Shown piece after piece: positions 1 through 12,896 of a stretch of 64,000 bases of DNA. The stretch covers positions 806,001 to 870,000 of the forward strand of contig JAHLTZ010000005.1 of the NCBI GenBank assembly GCA_025786725.1, written 5' to 3'. Positions within the stretch are counted from its first letter, which is position 1; each line of letters opens with the position of its first letter. Origin of the DNA: Syncephalis fuscata S228 (Eukaryota; Fungi; Zoopagomycota). The notes under the pieces were generated by a model. The model was not told the origin of the DNA. It searched no databases and saw only the letters and a list, made by a program, of their open reading frames with translations. The position numbers were made by a program, and so were the translations under genes.

Positions 1-3000
1 CCTATTCAGCTATTTGGTACGGAAACCATGGAAAAGTTTTGTGAAAAGCTTCAAGTATTACTGGCCTCTTGTTTAATGGCTTCTATGACTGTTCAGTCCA
101 CCTCTATTGCCGAACATCATTTAATACAACTGGCTCAACATTTGCATATTCAATTAGATGCACTATTAATGAATCATTATGCCGCTATTGTAGCCGTTAT
201 TCTGCCCATGTACTTCACCGATCGCCGTCAAGATGCTGATTATGTTGTTAAACAATTTCTACGCCAACGATTAGGCGCTAATCGATTTGATCGTTTAATG
301 TCACAACAAATTGCTGGTGTACTTGGCCAATTACTGGCCCTTACCTCCAATCCAGATCATATTCATTTATTGGAACGATTAACGTCGCAACAAGTCACCC
401 AGGAACGGCTAGCGCGTATTATAGTTAAACCACCCATCAGTAGTGATGCTACTACTGCTACAACTACTACAACTACGACGACAGTCATATCTACGCTTTA
501 TTATTCAGTTGAAGTGATATTACAAGCAGTTGAATATCTAGCCCATATGTTTAATGAAGGAACATTGGGCGAATTTCTTAAACCGTTAAGACTATCGTTT
601 ATATTCCATAGTTTATTTGAAAATATTGAAAAGTTAAAGAATATTGAAGAACAACGCCGTCTATTTAATATTTTTGTTTAATCACTGCCATGAGTAATAT
701 GAATGATGGCACTAATAGCTATCTATTACGTATGCTTATGTATAGAACAGCTAAACTATTAGGATCAACAGCCCATCTAGTTAATACGACAAATCGATTA
801 CTACTCTATTTAGGCGAGATGGTTATTGAACCTATTAAGACATCACTATCAGGCAACGTTAGCGATATTCTATTTCTATTTGAACAAATTATTCCAGAGA
901 TGATTTCAGTTGCCATGTCCAATCCATTGGGTGAATCGATTAATACATCATGTTATGGCAAGTCATTCGACAATTAACAAGTACATCAACAGAAGGCATA
1001 GAGGATAGTTCAGTTAAACAATCCATTGATCGTATTATAGTATTAGTGACTTGGGTAGAGAGGTCGTCTAATACATCAACTATCGATCCATTAACACCAA
1101 GTGAATCGGCTTTACTTTATAAACGTTCATATTTAAAGTTACGGGGACCAATTCAACAACAATATATTACAGGGTTACGACAAACAATAACCACTGATTT
1201 ATCATCTCATACCAATACGTCTAAACCGCTTAACTTTCTCGTTACTTCGTTAAAGACAGCAACGGATATTAAGGCCAAAAGTAATATACTTTACTGTCTA
1301 GGTGAATTAAGTGCCTATTTTGATCGTAATCAATACAACGATACACTTAAATCCACCCAGAATATTAAAAGAAAGTCTACTGATGGTGTCGTTGAAGCAG
1401 CTCGTCGATATGGTGTTGATATGGTAATACGTCTGCTATTTGATGATGAAACAATTGTTAGTGGATTTGCCGCCCATATTCTAATGCGTATATTTGCCAC
1501 TGAAGAGGGCGGCACTATATTCCGTGGGTTAGACGATGAATCACGTCATCTATTATCTATATTCTCTAGTGCACATCAACCATCATCAGATAGTATAAAA
1601 GGCATTTCATTAACGGATAAAGTATGGCGTAGTCATACAGATAACTTTGACCAATGGATTCGTACTGCCACTTGTACTATAATCGATGCAATAGGCGATC
1701 CTGTACTACGTCATATGGTTAAACTGTTAGATTATCGGCCACGTCTTGGTGTTGATCTATTGCCTAATATGGTCCACTTGCTACTCTATAGACATGCCAC
1801 ACGACATCCTACTTGTCAGCATAGCGATGAACATTGTCCACGCTATCAATTATCAATAGCATCGAATGAATGGCTGAAACAAATGGTTATGGAACATTCA
1901 ACAGCAACTTCAGTATTGTCATTAAATCAGCAGTTAATTACAGATACTATACTATCCATTATTGCTTATTTAAGAGGTCAAATGAAACCATCTGAAGCAA
2001 CGATGTTTGCCAGTAATCAATGGCTTGATATTGATTATTTTGAAGCAGCCAAGATAGCATTGCTACGAGAGACACCGTATACTGCACTGATGTATATGGA
2101 ATTGACTCGAATGCTTGATACTGATTATACACTACGTCGTGAATTGATTGATGAAGAGCGGGCTTGTTGCGTACTATTTACGCTCGTATTGACGAACCTG
2201 ATAGTTATCATGGGTTAGATATTTCAGTGTCGCTGCAATCATTAACACAACAGTTTGAATTGGATCATCATTGGTCGGCAAGTTTATTGCATAATGAAGC
2301 ACAACTAGAAACACAATCTACACTAGCTGCATTAACTACATTAACCAGTAATGGTATTAATAATGAAAGTTATTTAGCGGTAATGAGAGCTATGGGTCAA
2401 CTTGGACTACATCGACAACGACTTGATTATATGCCGGATTAATGGCTCGATCTACTGAACCATTATCGGCGGATATTGATGAAATGCAATTGGCATCGGC
2501 ATGGCGTAATGGACAATTTGTATTATCAAGTGAATTAATGAATAGATCGAGTAATAGTCAAGCCTATTTATTTAATTGTTTACGATCGATTCATAGTTAT
2601 GATCAATTAGGGGCCAGTCAATTTAAACATTGTATTAACGAGGCATTTGATTTTACTTCCAATCAATTATCGACTACAACACATCAAATGACCCTTCTAT
2701 CTAAATTGCGCTATTTACAATCACTGGTGGAATTAGAGGAGATTGTAGATTATACAAATAAACACGATGCATCATTTGAAGTCATGGCCGATACATGGCA
2801 GCGCCGTTTAAATGCCATACTTTTAGCTGATCGGTAAGTGACAGATACAGATATACTGGCTGATGAATATCAATTAATGTAATGGTAGATTTGATAGTGC
2901 GGAACAAGTGCTGGCAGTACGAACAACGGCACTATTATCAACATTAGGTCGATTAACCAAAGAAAGCCCTAGCTATATGTTTATAGAACATTATTTGTGT

Positions 3001-5682
3001 CAACATTTACTTAAAATATCACAATTGGCCCGTAAGAATAATGAAGTGCAACTGGCCTTGAATGCACTGCGCAGAGCACAGGCGATTACCAAATGCTCTA
3101 TCAATACACTTGATACAACGTTTAATCCATTAATACTGGCTATTGAAGAAGCAAAGCTATTATGGAAACAAGGTGAACATACACTTGCTATGAGACAGGC
3201 TGAGAAACTATTGGAAACAAGCCGATCATCAATGAATGAACGCGATTACCCACAACAAACAACTCTATTGCGTCTATTAGTAAGTAGCTAAATGACTATT
3301 GGCAATATATATATTAATTTAATATTATTAATATGTATAGGGGAAATGGAAGACTGAAGAGAGAATGGAACATCCAGAGACAGTTATTTTACGTTACTTT
3401 GAACCAGCCAGTGCTCATTCAGATAGAATATTAGCAAAAGATTTAGGCAAGGCAGAATATTTATTAGCAATCTATGCCGATCAACAATTGCAACATATGA
3501 TTGAATCACCCGAATTACAGCAATTACGTATTATGTATCAACAGAAATACGCTGAAGTACGAGCATGTGATTCACTTATTGCTACTGCAGCCACTGATAA
3601 AGAGAAGACAAATCTACTGCGTCATCGTCGTCGAGTGGATATTCAAGCACGTCAAGATAATGAGGAAATTGAACGAGAATATGCTAAACAACAATTATTA
3701 TTGGAAAAGAGTCTTGAAAACTATTTACGTTCGTTGAAACTATGCAACCGATACAATTTATCGGTGTTTAGAGCAACATCGCTTTGGTTCAAGCATAATG
3801 ATAATCAAGGTGCACTAACAGTTACTGCTCGATGGTTACCACAAGTACCAAGTCATAAGTTTATTCCGCTCGTTTATCAATTATCAGCTCGTATGGAGAA
3901 TGTACCAGGTCGATTTCCTGAACAGCTAATATCATTGGTACGGCGTATGGCTCGTAAGCATCCATTCCATACGCTATATCAAATTATTGCTCTACGTAGT
4001 TCGGTATCCACTCATAATAGTAATAGCAGTAATAATAGCAGTATGAGTAGTAATAATAGTAGCAGTCTTGACGCCAACAGCAACCAATCAAGAGCTATTG
4101 TGGCGCGTGCCATATTAAAGCAATTAAAGAATGATCCCAAGCTTAGTGAAACGGTCAATTCGATGGAATTATTAGCCGATGCTTATATGGAAATTGCTTT
4201 ATTGCCAGTGGCCCGTGATAAATTAACACCCATTGCAGTTAAAGAAGGTATTCCGTTTGAACGTAAATTAAGACTGCCTCGGCTCGAAGCATTGCCCTGC
4301 GTACCGGTGATAACGCATGATTTACCGATTGAACCAACGGGAAACTATTCAGATTTTGTATCTATTAACGGATTCGGCCATCGATTCCGTGTAGCCGGCG
4401 GTGTTAATCTACCACGTATTATTGAGTGTCAAGGCAGTGATGGAATAATGTATACACAACTGGTAAATAGCTAGTTAGTTGTAATGAATTGTGTGCTAAT
4501 CGTTGTAAATAGGTTAAAGGCAATGATGATTTAAGACAAGATGCAGTGCTGGAGCAAGTATTTGGTATTGTTAATCAATTATTGCTAAAGAACATGGCTA
4601 CACGTGAACGCCAATTAAAATTACGTACTTATAAAGTGGTGCCTCTTTCACCACGATCCGGTGTATTGCAATGGGTCGATAACACATGTCCATTGGGCGA
4701 TTATTTATCACGAGCACATAAAATGTAATATTAGTTTAGTATGCTGCGTATATTGTTTAATTAATTATAATATAACACTATTAGATATCGGCCCAAAGAT
4801 TGGGCGGCCAGTCATTGTCGACAATTGATGAGCGAAGAACACGCCAAGGCTGAATCGACTGTGGCGAGTAAAATACTTACCTTTACCAAGATTCAACAGC
4901 ACTTTAAACCGGTATTTCGCTACTTTTTCATTGATCAATATCAAGATGCGCGACTGTGGTTTGAACGGCGTAATAGCTATACAAAGAGTGTAGCTGCTTC
5001 TTCGATGGTTGGCTACGTACTTGGTATTGGTGATCGGCATGCTCAAAACATTCTTATCGATACAACGACAGCTGAAGTGGTACATATTGATTTGGGTATT
5101 GCTTTTGATCAAGGCAAACTACTACCAACACCAGAGCGTGTACCATTCAGATTAACACGTGATATGATTGATGGTATGGGCATTACTGGTACAGAAGGTG
5201 TTTATCGTAAAGGATGTGAGGAAGTGTTGCGTGTACTTCGTGAAAATAGCAGTGATTTACTGGCTATTCTTGATGTTTTCCGCTACGATCCATTGTACAA
5301 TTGGTAAGTTTAAATAGACTACTATTGTTATTGCTATTGTGTTATTGATATATTAATATCGAATGATAGGGAGATATCGCCGTTAAAAGCCATTCATCTA
5401 CAAGAAGGCGATACAATGCCGATGCAACGAGGTGAAGGCACTCCTCCCTTGCTGCCGGCTAAGCTTAATACAAAGCCGGTCAATACGGAGGCAGAGCGTG
5501 CATTGGCGACCGTTCAATCAAAATTGGCGCGTAATGTTGACGTCTCTTGCAAAGTAAACGATTTAATTCGCGAAGCGACAAGTGAAGAAAATCTATGTCG
5601 TATCTATCCAGGTAGGTGGCTATAGTATTATAATTATTGCAGCATAACTAAGTATTGTTTAGGTTGGCAGCCGTGGTTTTAA
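1..5682 (+). CDS. TEL1: ATM/Tel1 PIKK serine/threonine kinase, 5'-truncated (FAT, kinase, FATC), 6 introns plus apparent frameshifts
   Basis: [78 protein letters not shown]. The FATC end IYPGWQPWF* is recovered after GT-AG intron 5612-5662. Confidence 0.95.
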
Positions 5683-5770
5683 AGCATTAAACCTATTTTA
5701 TTAGCTGATTTACATTTTATAAAAATAAGACTATACAAAATTACTATTATTTAATATATTAAAGCCATTT

Positions 5771-6447
5771 TTATAGTATTATGTCGTTTTAATAAACACT
5801 TTCATACAGACTATTAAAATCGTTTCAGTTTAGTATATATAACGCTCTCTTTGCCACCACTGTCACTTATTTATTTAATCAACACGCATAACAAGTATGC
5901 TGTAACAATACCAATCAGCACTTGACTGGATAAAAACCAAATGGACATATTTCCCTTCATTTGGAAAACCATGTCAAGTGATGGCATCAACAACGATATA
6001 TAATGCTACTGTTGATACTTGTGCAATGAAGACAATAGTTGGTATGTAATATACATGCAAAATAATGGTGCATAATGACAAATATAATCTGGATATACTT
6101 GTCGAACTGGTACCAATGGTCGAATAATTGTAACAGATATTTGTTAGTATTGCCTAGTAGATACAAAGCACCTACATTTAGTTGATTGTTGTCCATATGT
6201 GATTCATAGTGTACATTTAGTGTGGTTATCTGTTGTTTGAATACTGTTGCATTAGAAAATATATAAACAAGTAAACTGATAATGTAAAAGTTAAAAGTTG
6301 TTAATCGAGAGAGCAGCTAATAAAGAAACTATGCGTCCACCTGGAGTACTGACGATAGCACCATTTGGCACAAGTATCATATGTCAGAAGCACACAGCTT
6401 TATACTAGCCACCATCAAGATGAATATGTTGCTTAATAATGCTATAA
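5771..6447. mobile_element. ~675-bp dispersed repeat, copy 1; candidate non-autonomous MITE-like element
   Basis: Reverse complement of 46371-47044 (~97% by manual alignment). Ends TTATAGTATTAT / ATAATGCTATAA form an 11/12 terminal inverted repeat. No intact ORF. Confidence 0.7.
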
Positions 6448-6719
6448 TATGATGTAGCAATTCAAGTGCGACAATATGCATTACTAACTACTGGTTCACC
6501 TAATTGTAACTAATGTACAAAGCCAAATGCATATGAATACTACAACACATTACAACTAAACAACACATGTCAAATATTGATATATTATTGAATTCTCAAA
6601 ATAGCGCAGTCTTTGCCACGTTGTGACCAGCCGCAGAAACATTAACTTATGCTTAATCGCACCAAAGATGACTTCATCACTAGAGTTTTCCATGGGGTCA
6701 TATAAACACATTAGCTAAT

Positions 6720-7050
6720 ATTTAAACTAACACTATTGTGATTCATTCAATAACACCCACAAGTAAACAGTATAGATATACGTTCGCCTATTACAGGCAT
6801 TCACATATCACAACAATCTAGTGTGTGATGGCAGTATTCAGCAAGTTGAACACTACCACACACCTCCAGCGCGCGTTACAAACAAGTGAGCACTAACATA
6901 TGGCCACCCATTACAGGTCGCCGCATCCACATGAAGGGAGCGTGCAGCAATACTGACTTGCCAAATACTGCTACTGCACGCCCTGCTATCCCACATGTCT
7001 CCGCACTACGTTAGTATACAGCCGCCTATCACGGGCAGCCATATAATTGC
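6720..7050 (+). repeat. Degenerate ~120-bp tandem repeat (3 units), probably a decayed coding repeat
   Basis: CCTATTACAGGC (6787), CCCATTACAGGT (6907) and CCTATCACGGGC (7025). Each is preceded by ACAAGT/ACATGT. They translate to SPITGIHI / PPITGRRI / PPITGSHI, with stops between units. Confidence 0.55.
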
Positions 7051-8269
7051 TGATTTAGTATGATACAATAGTCTGCAAATATCGTATTACACATTCAACA
7101 CAGCTCAAAAGTAAAAACACAGTATTCCATGGTCAACCAACAAGGGGACCACACACCACTGGATGTAACTACTAGATTTAATGCTAACCATTAACAAACA
7201 GTTTACAGCACATTAACAACTAGAACAGGAGAAGGCGAGGTAATGAGCAAAAGTAATCTTAACACAACCTTATAAACTTCAAAACATATCTACCAATTAG
7301 AATGGACAATATTGGTAAATAGTATGTGATAGCTGCTTATTGGCGTATTACATCTAGTTAAAATCTTCTAGTGTCAGATACCATCTTATCAGTAAATTGG
7401 ATTATAATCCCTTCCTTATTTCCATATTTACTCACTTTTGCCTTTCATTTGCAGGTCATCTCCGCGCATAATTTCATATCTACACTGGCTAGTTGATTTA
7501 ATTGACCAATGCAGCCATCTTTAATCAATTGTGTTACCGTACCAAATACACTCACTTTTTTCGAAATGCTTTTGCCATTTTGCACACAATTAAATCAGTC
7601 GATTCACATAAATTTATTGCTGTTTTAGTTAAATAAAAATAACTATTTTTCTTTAAAAATATGGTCTATAACATAATTCACCGATTGAGTTTCAATGCTA
7701 CTAAATAGAAATAAAATACACGTTGTTCATATTACACTACAAAGTCCGCTAAAGTTATTAAGTAAAAACAGGAATAAACACGTAATCATGTTGCCCTTTG
7801 CAGTCAGCATGAAAATCAGTATAATGTGGCACATGCATGCTTAGCCAAGTGACTATATAAAATATTAGTAAATATAATAGTTTACTATGCAATTTATGAC
7901 TAAAGCTACTGTACCAGTAAATAAAAAATACCACAACAAATGTAATGTTAATGTATTTGTAAAATAAAAATAAAATTTTTACTTTATTTTACTGATAACA
8001 TGCTCTAAATTAATGAGTGTTTTTTGAGTGTAAATGACTTTTATTCTTCATTTATTCATTTGCTATTAATCTGTTCTATGATGTATCGACATGTTGGGTA
8101 GATTGACTTTTATTATTTACACTCCATTTATTAATAAATTAAACTCGGCTGTTTATAAATATTGACTGACAGGACCACAAATCACAATCTACGTCACCAC
8201 ATTTCCTTTCTTTTTCTTACACTTGACAACATATATCCATTACATATACTTGTACACTCCATATATGCT

Positions 8270-8729
8270 ACATAGATAGTGTTAGTAGTTGACTGGCTAC
8301 TAGTCAAGTACAAGCACTATTTACACTATGTACTTGCATTGCTCTTTTGTAATCTGACCTTTTTTACAAACAGCTTTTTTACTTCAATCATTGGTGTTAG
8401 CACTGTATTGGCATAGTAAGTACATCTCTGGTTTGTTTTATGCTATATTGGGTATATACTGTTAAAATCACGTTGTATGCTTTGTTGTTTGCTGTAGATT
8501 ACTGCAGATCTATATTAAAACAAAGTACACAGTGACTTTGGCAGCATATAGCCAACACAGCCACTGTGTACAGCTGCTATACACATACAGCAATACTAAT
8601 ATTGAAGGTACTGCTAGTATAGTCGTTGAACAAGTCTTTAGCGTCAATACAGTAGTACGATCTGCTACTATTGCTACTGCTGTATATGCATAGTTGCCAG
8701 CACAATGACTGTATTGGCTATACTTGCTG
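8270..8729. repeat. Cluster of nested and overlapping imperfect inverted repeats
   Basis: Arms 8442-8486/8519-8561 and 8542-8620/8647-8729, plus smaller hairpins 8270-8331 and 8328-8342/8411-8425. Confidence 0.7.
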
Positions 8730-9608
8730 TTACTTTTTTACTAATAAAATGTTATATAAGAGTATGAGAATATAATGGTAATGATATACGGTAAATAGAA
8801 GATATATGCATACTGGATAATAATTTATGATGATAAATATTTTAAACTTTAATGTCATTTACCATCCAGTTCGATGTTCAATAGAAATAATGTATAGTTT
8901 AGTCAATTGATCACCAAATCACAATAATTGTTAATGAAATGTCTATTATTAATGCATCAACAATAACATAAAATAATTAAAAAACAACAAAATAAATAAA
9001 TTATAGATATTATTTTAAAACGAATAATATGGTTGAGGATGTATTAAAATCAACTAATTATAAAATGTCAATAATTGCAAAAAGAAAAATCTTTATTTAG
9101 TTAATGATAAAAATAATATAATGTATAATAATAAAAATATGAAGGTCAACGCCTAAGTAAAGATACAATGCATAGCGTACTTATTTGTCGAGATAATAGT
9201 TGTTGTATGGTATAGCAATGCGGTGTTAATATTAGTAGGAACATGTACAATATATCCGGTATAATGACAAATAGTCTACCAAGGCATATTATCTTGTTGC
9301 TGCCTTGTGCACCAGTAAAATAATAATTTGTGCTTTCCAGTATTAAAGATTAAAATGATTATATGTATATATCAATGCCACGCTAGTAATATAACAACGT
9401 ATAAAGTATGATCCTACTCATTGTAAAGTATCATTGTCAAATTTAAAACAAAAGTTACAACTACAATACGCTTGGATAGTAATTGCACATTTTGTATCGC
9501 AAAAAACTCTCTTCTGTATCCACGATAAGAAACTGTGTGCATAATAGAGTTGATAAGTGAAATATAAGAAACAGCTTGCAAACATCGCGTGTCTTCAGTG
9601 AAATCATT

Positions 9609-11186
9609 CTACTTAGAAATGACCGTCGTGCGATCAAACGCATTGATATTCTTGTGTGCTACAATCTGATAGCAGCCGGCGGTGCCTTGTCGTAGTGCAA
9701 TCGATGTCCAGGCAAGATAGGCAGCCCATACACGCCAATGACGTTTTCCATAAGTCGCCACCATCGATTGCTCATTGTCTTCCCAGTTATCATACCAAAG
9801 CTCATAAGTTGTTGCAGCATGTGAGCTTAAGTTTTCTATGCTTGCTATTTCAAATCCGGCTTGTTCTAACATTTTGAGATATCGGCAGAGTGGAAGACGT
9901 GTCTCAATGCCAGGAGTTATGTATTTGTCCACAAATAGATTCCAGTTAATATCCTCTAATTGCCATGCGGCACGGGTAGTATCGACTTGTAATAAAATAA
10001 TGCCGTCGTCTTTTAAAAAACGATAGATATGATTTAAAAGTTGTGGAAGTTGGTGTACGCTTAAAAGTTCGTGTTGCCCAATGCATGTAATGGCGTCATA
10101 TTGATTATCCGGTATGTCGCGATAATCAAGGCAAAGAAAATGAGTCTGGTTTTTTGGCAGATTCATTTGATTAGCTTTTTCCATACCGCGAAGAATACGG
10201 TCAGGATCAGCTGCTATTCCTGTCGATGCAGTTCCATATTGTTCCACAGCGTGACAAACAAGCTGGCCATAGCCGCACCCAATATCAAGATGACTTTTAC
10301 CAGAAGAAAGACAAGCTGCTTTGCAGATTGCATCCAATGCACGTTGCTGTATTTCCGTAAGTGTATTGGACTTTTGTGGATCTACTATGCCACATGCTTG
10401 CCGCATGGAACTGCCCATAAATGCCCGGCACAATTCTTCATTATGCAATTCGAATGGCTGAAATCGATCGTTGGATAATACTTTACCGCCAAAAGGTAGA
10501 ACAGACATCCAGTGTTCAAGTAGTATTGCTACATAGTCCAGGGATAGACCAAAGGTGGCCCAATTGCTTCGTGATACAAAAACATCGTGAATGGATTGGT
10601 TGTTGGAAGTGTTGGCTTCATTGGCTATATAGGCATCGAGAAATGTGAGTAGCGGCACTCGTCGTTCGCTGTACAGGTTTTGAAAATGTTTTTTCTCAAA
10701 GCTAACATAGTCGCAAGAAGCATTGTCAAGGCTTGCTGATGTCGCCATCCATTGTGGTGTTATAAAATGACTGAAGAAGATGAAATAGGCAATAAATAGT
10801 GGAATTGACAAAATAGCACTCAGCGGCAATAGTAGCCAAAGACTCAGTCCCATGCGTAGTGTTTGATAGGCCGTAATTCCAAAAATAACTAATCCAAGCA
10901 ATGTGTAGGAAAACTCTTTGTGGCCAATACCATCAGCAGTATTTCGAGTTTTGCGAATATTTCTTAGACGCAGCAAAATTCGCTTTTGCATTGATTCTGC
11001 CAATAGGACAGCTGTATCGTTTTTTTCTACCAAGGATGACGATGATTCATCACTGGTACCGTCCACAATGCCTTCATCCCACTCTATAGAGGCGGTATCA
11101 GTGTTGCGTTCATTATTATCTGTAGATACGTGGGAATAATCGGAATCGACATCAGCCGAGCGACTGTATGTCATGCTGCTAGCCAT
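9609..11186 (-). CDS. Sphingolipid C9-methyltransferase-like protein (CMAS/cyclopropane synthase family), divergent
   Basis: Intronless 525 aa. Two N-terminal TM helices, SAM motif HLDIGCGYGQL, CLDYRDIP, and the family C-terminus RHWRVWAAYLAWTSIALRQGTAGCYQIVAHKNIN. Confidence 0.85.
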   Translation of the reverse strand: MASSMTYSRSADVDSDYSHVSTDNNERNTDTASIEWDEGIVDGTSDESSSSLVEKNDTAVLLAESMQKRILLRLRNIRKTRNTADGIGHKEFSYTLLGLVIFGITAYQTLRMGLSLWLLLPLSAILSIPLFIAYFIFFSHFITPQWMATSASLDNASCDYVSFEKKHFQNLYSERRVPLLTFLDAYIANEANTSNNQSIHDVFVSRSNWATFGLSLDYVAILLEHWMSVLPFGGKVLSNDRFQPFELHNEELCRAFMGSSMRQACGIVDPQKSNTLTEIQQRALDAICKAACLSSGKSHLDIGCGYGQLVCHAVEQYGTASTGIAADPDRILRGMEKANQMNLPKNQTHFLCLDYRDIPDNQYDAITCIGQHELLSVHQLPQLLNHIYRFLKDDGIILLQVDTTRAAWQLEDINWNLFVDKYITPGIETRLPLCRYLKMLEQAGFEIASIENLSSHAATTYELWYDNWEDNEQSMVATYGKRHWRVWAAYLAWTSIALRQGTAGCYQIVAHKNINAFDRTTVISK

Positions 11187-12503
11187 GCTAACTAGTCTGC
11201 CGATACTATCTATATTTCTTGTTTAACAACAAAAAATAAAGTCTGTCTTTTACACTAGCACAAATAAAGGTCTAAAATACGCAAGTTTCGAGTGTACAAC
11301 GGTAAAACATGGAAACTGAGAAAAGGAGGCGAGTGCGCGATGGCCAGTCAATAAAATACTCGTTTCTCTCATCATGTGGCAGCACAGGGCCAGAGGAAAA
11401 CAGTGAGATTCTATATCTGCATCACCACTGATGCAGCAATGTCATTGGTGCATTTGCACCTTTGACGGTACACGCATTATCATTGGTATATATATATGTG
11501 TGTGTGTGATTGGGGCATGCTATAAATCGTGTCATGCGAATGCGATGACAAGTGTTGTAGCAACTGTTGATAAAAATGCTTGCTATTCTAAGATATCATC
11601 ATTAACGAATTCAATTAACGGTGCTGGATAAACAAACAGCCATACAACAATATGTGGCAAATAGATGTAAAGCTTCACAGAACACTCAACGCTTGCATTG
11701 TATGCATGCAGCTGCAATTCCATTCAATTGATTTGACAACTGGCATAGACAAGCTATCTGGGCCTCTTTGCCTACATCCTTGCTGAATATTCAGATGTAG
11801 ATTTCAGGAGATAGTATAAATTTGGATATAGATTCAGTAGAAAAGGCAAAGCTTTTACAGCTTGGTACTACTTGTACTATTTCAAAACTAATTACTACAT
11901 TGGTATAATTTGGCAACTAACCATCCAGAATTTATTGGCTATGATATAGCGTGAAGATGCCATGAAAGAATAAAAATAAAAACTGTGAACATTACTGATC
12001 ATTTGTAGAATTAAAAGAAATTTTCGTTAAAAACGCCGTGCAAAATAAAGTTACAAACGGCAATTCGGTAGCAGGAATGCGGCTAAGTTTGAACATTACT
12101 TATGAAAGTGGATAGTTTTAGTGGCATTGGATCAAGATAATAGCAAGTTTAAAACAAAAAAGTCCACAATAGGCACGAGTGTTCGATAGCAGTAGCAAAT
12201 GTATCCGAATAAGCCAATAGACTCATTGGAACTTACAATATAGTTATTATATAGAAATAATAAGCGTGTAAAGATTTTTTTAGATGGCGAACAATAAAAT
12301 GTGTGTAGTATAGACGTACAGGGAAACATAATGATGAAACAAGTCAAGTAGATAAGAATAAAAACAAAGAAATGAAGGTTCTCTTAAGTTGAGAGAGATG
12401 TGTCGATAAAAATACGGAATAAAGTTCATTGGATTAGCGCTAAAGACGGTTGAATCGCCAGATTGAAACTTGCCAAATAAAGCCTTATCAGACCAGGTTT
12501 TAG

Positions 12504-12896
12504 TCAGTACCCTATAAAATTTAAGTTAGAAGGTAAATATTTATGTCTCAATGACTGCATACCAGCTGGTAATGAGGCAACGGGCAAGTATCGTGGCCTT
12601 GAAGGATGAGTCGGTAGAACTGATGCTCCCGGCAACATTGGTGGTAATTTTGAGTAGTGAGAGCGACGAATAGGCAATGCTTCTTTGTTGCTAGAAGGCG
12701 GTTCAAGTTGTGGGACTACGACATGAGTTTGCATTGCAATACTATTGATAGGCCGGATAGATGAAACATGCACTTGGCATGTACATTGGGGGCCTGAGCT
12801 ACACGAATCATTATAATTTTCCGTACTATACGATAGGTAATGCAAAGGCAGGTAGTCTTCAATTTCTTTGTGGAAATGCGGCGTCGACGACAGCAT
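12504..12896 (-). CDS. Hypothetical small Pro/Ser-rich protein
   Basis: Open frame of ~130 aa with coding-like composition in an otherwise non-coding 4-kb gap. No recognised motif. Confidence 0.3.
   Translation of the reverse strand: MLSSTPHFHKEIEDYLPLHYLSYSTENYNDSCSSGPQCTCQVHVSSIRPINSIAMQTHVVVPQLEPPSSNKEALPIRRSHYSKLPPMLPGASVLPTHPSRPRYLPVASLPAGMQSLRHKYLPSNLNFIGY

Noticed and set aside
1-5682. TEL1 and other split genes as pseudogenes, programmed frameshifts or a variant genetic code
   Set aside because: Breaks are explained by GT-AG introns and isolated 1-nt losses with all motifs intact. No consistent in-frame stop readthrough is seen.
5987-6196. 69-aa ORF MDNNQLNVGALY..., repeated at 46618-46827
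   Set aside because: It lies inside the duplicated element, and the two copies shift frame relative to each other. The similarity reflects DNA duplication, not a conserved protein.
6720-8729. CRISPR-like array or hammerhead retrozyme in the repeat and hairpin zone
   Set aside because: Repeats are degenerate with no constant repeat-spacer pattern. No CUGAnGA/GAAA hammerhead core was seen on either strand around the hairpins.
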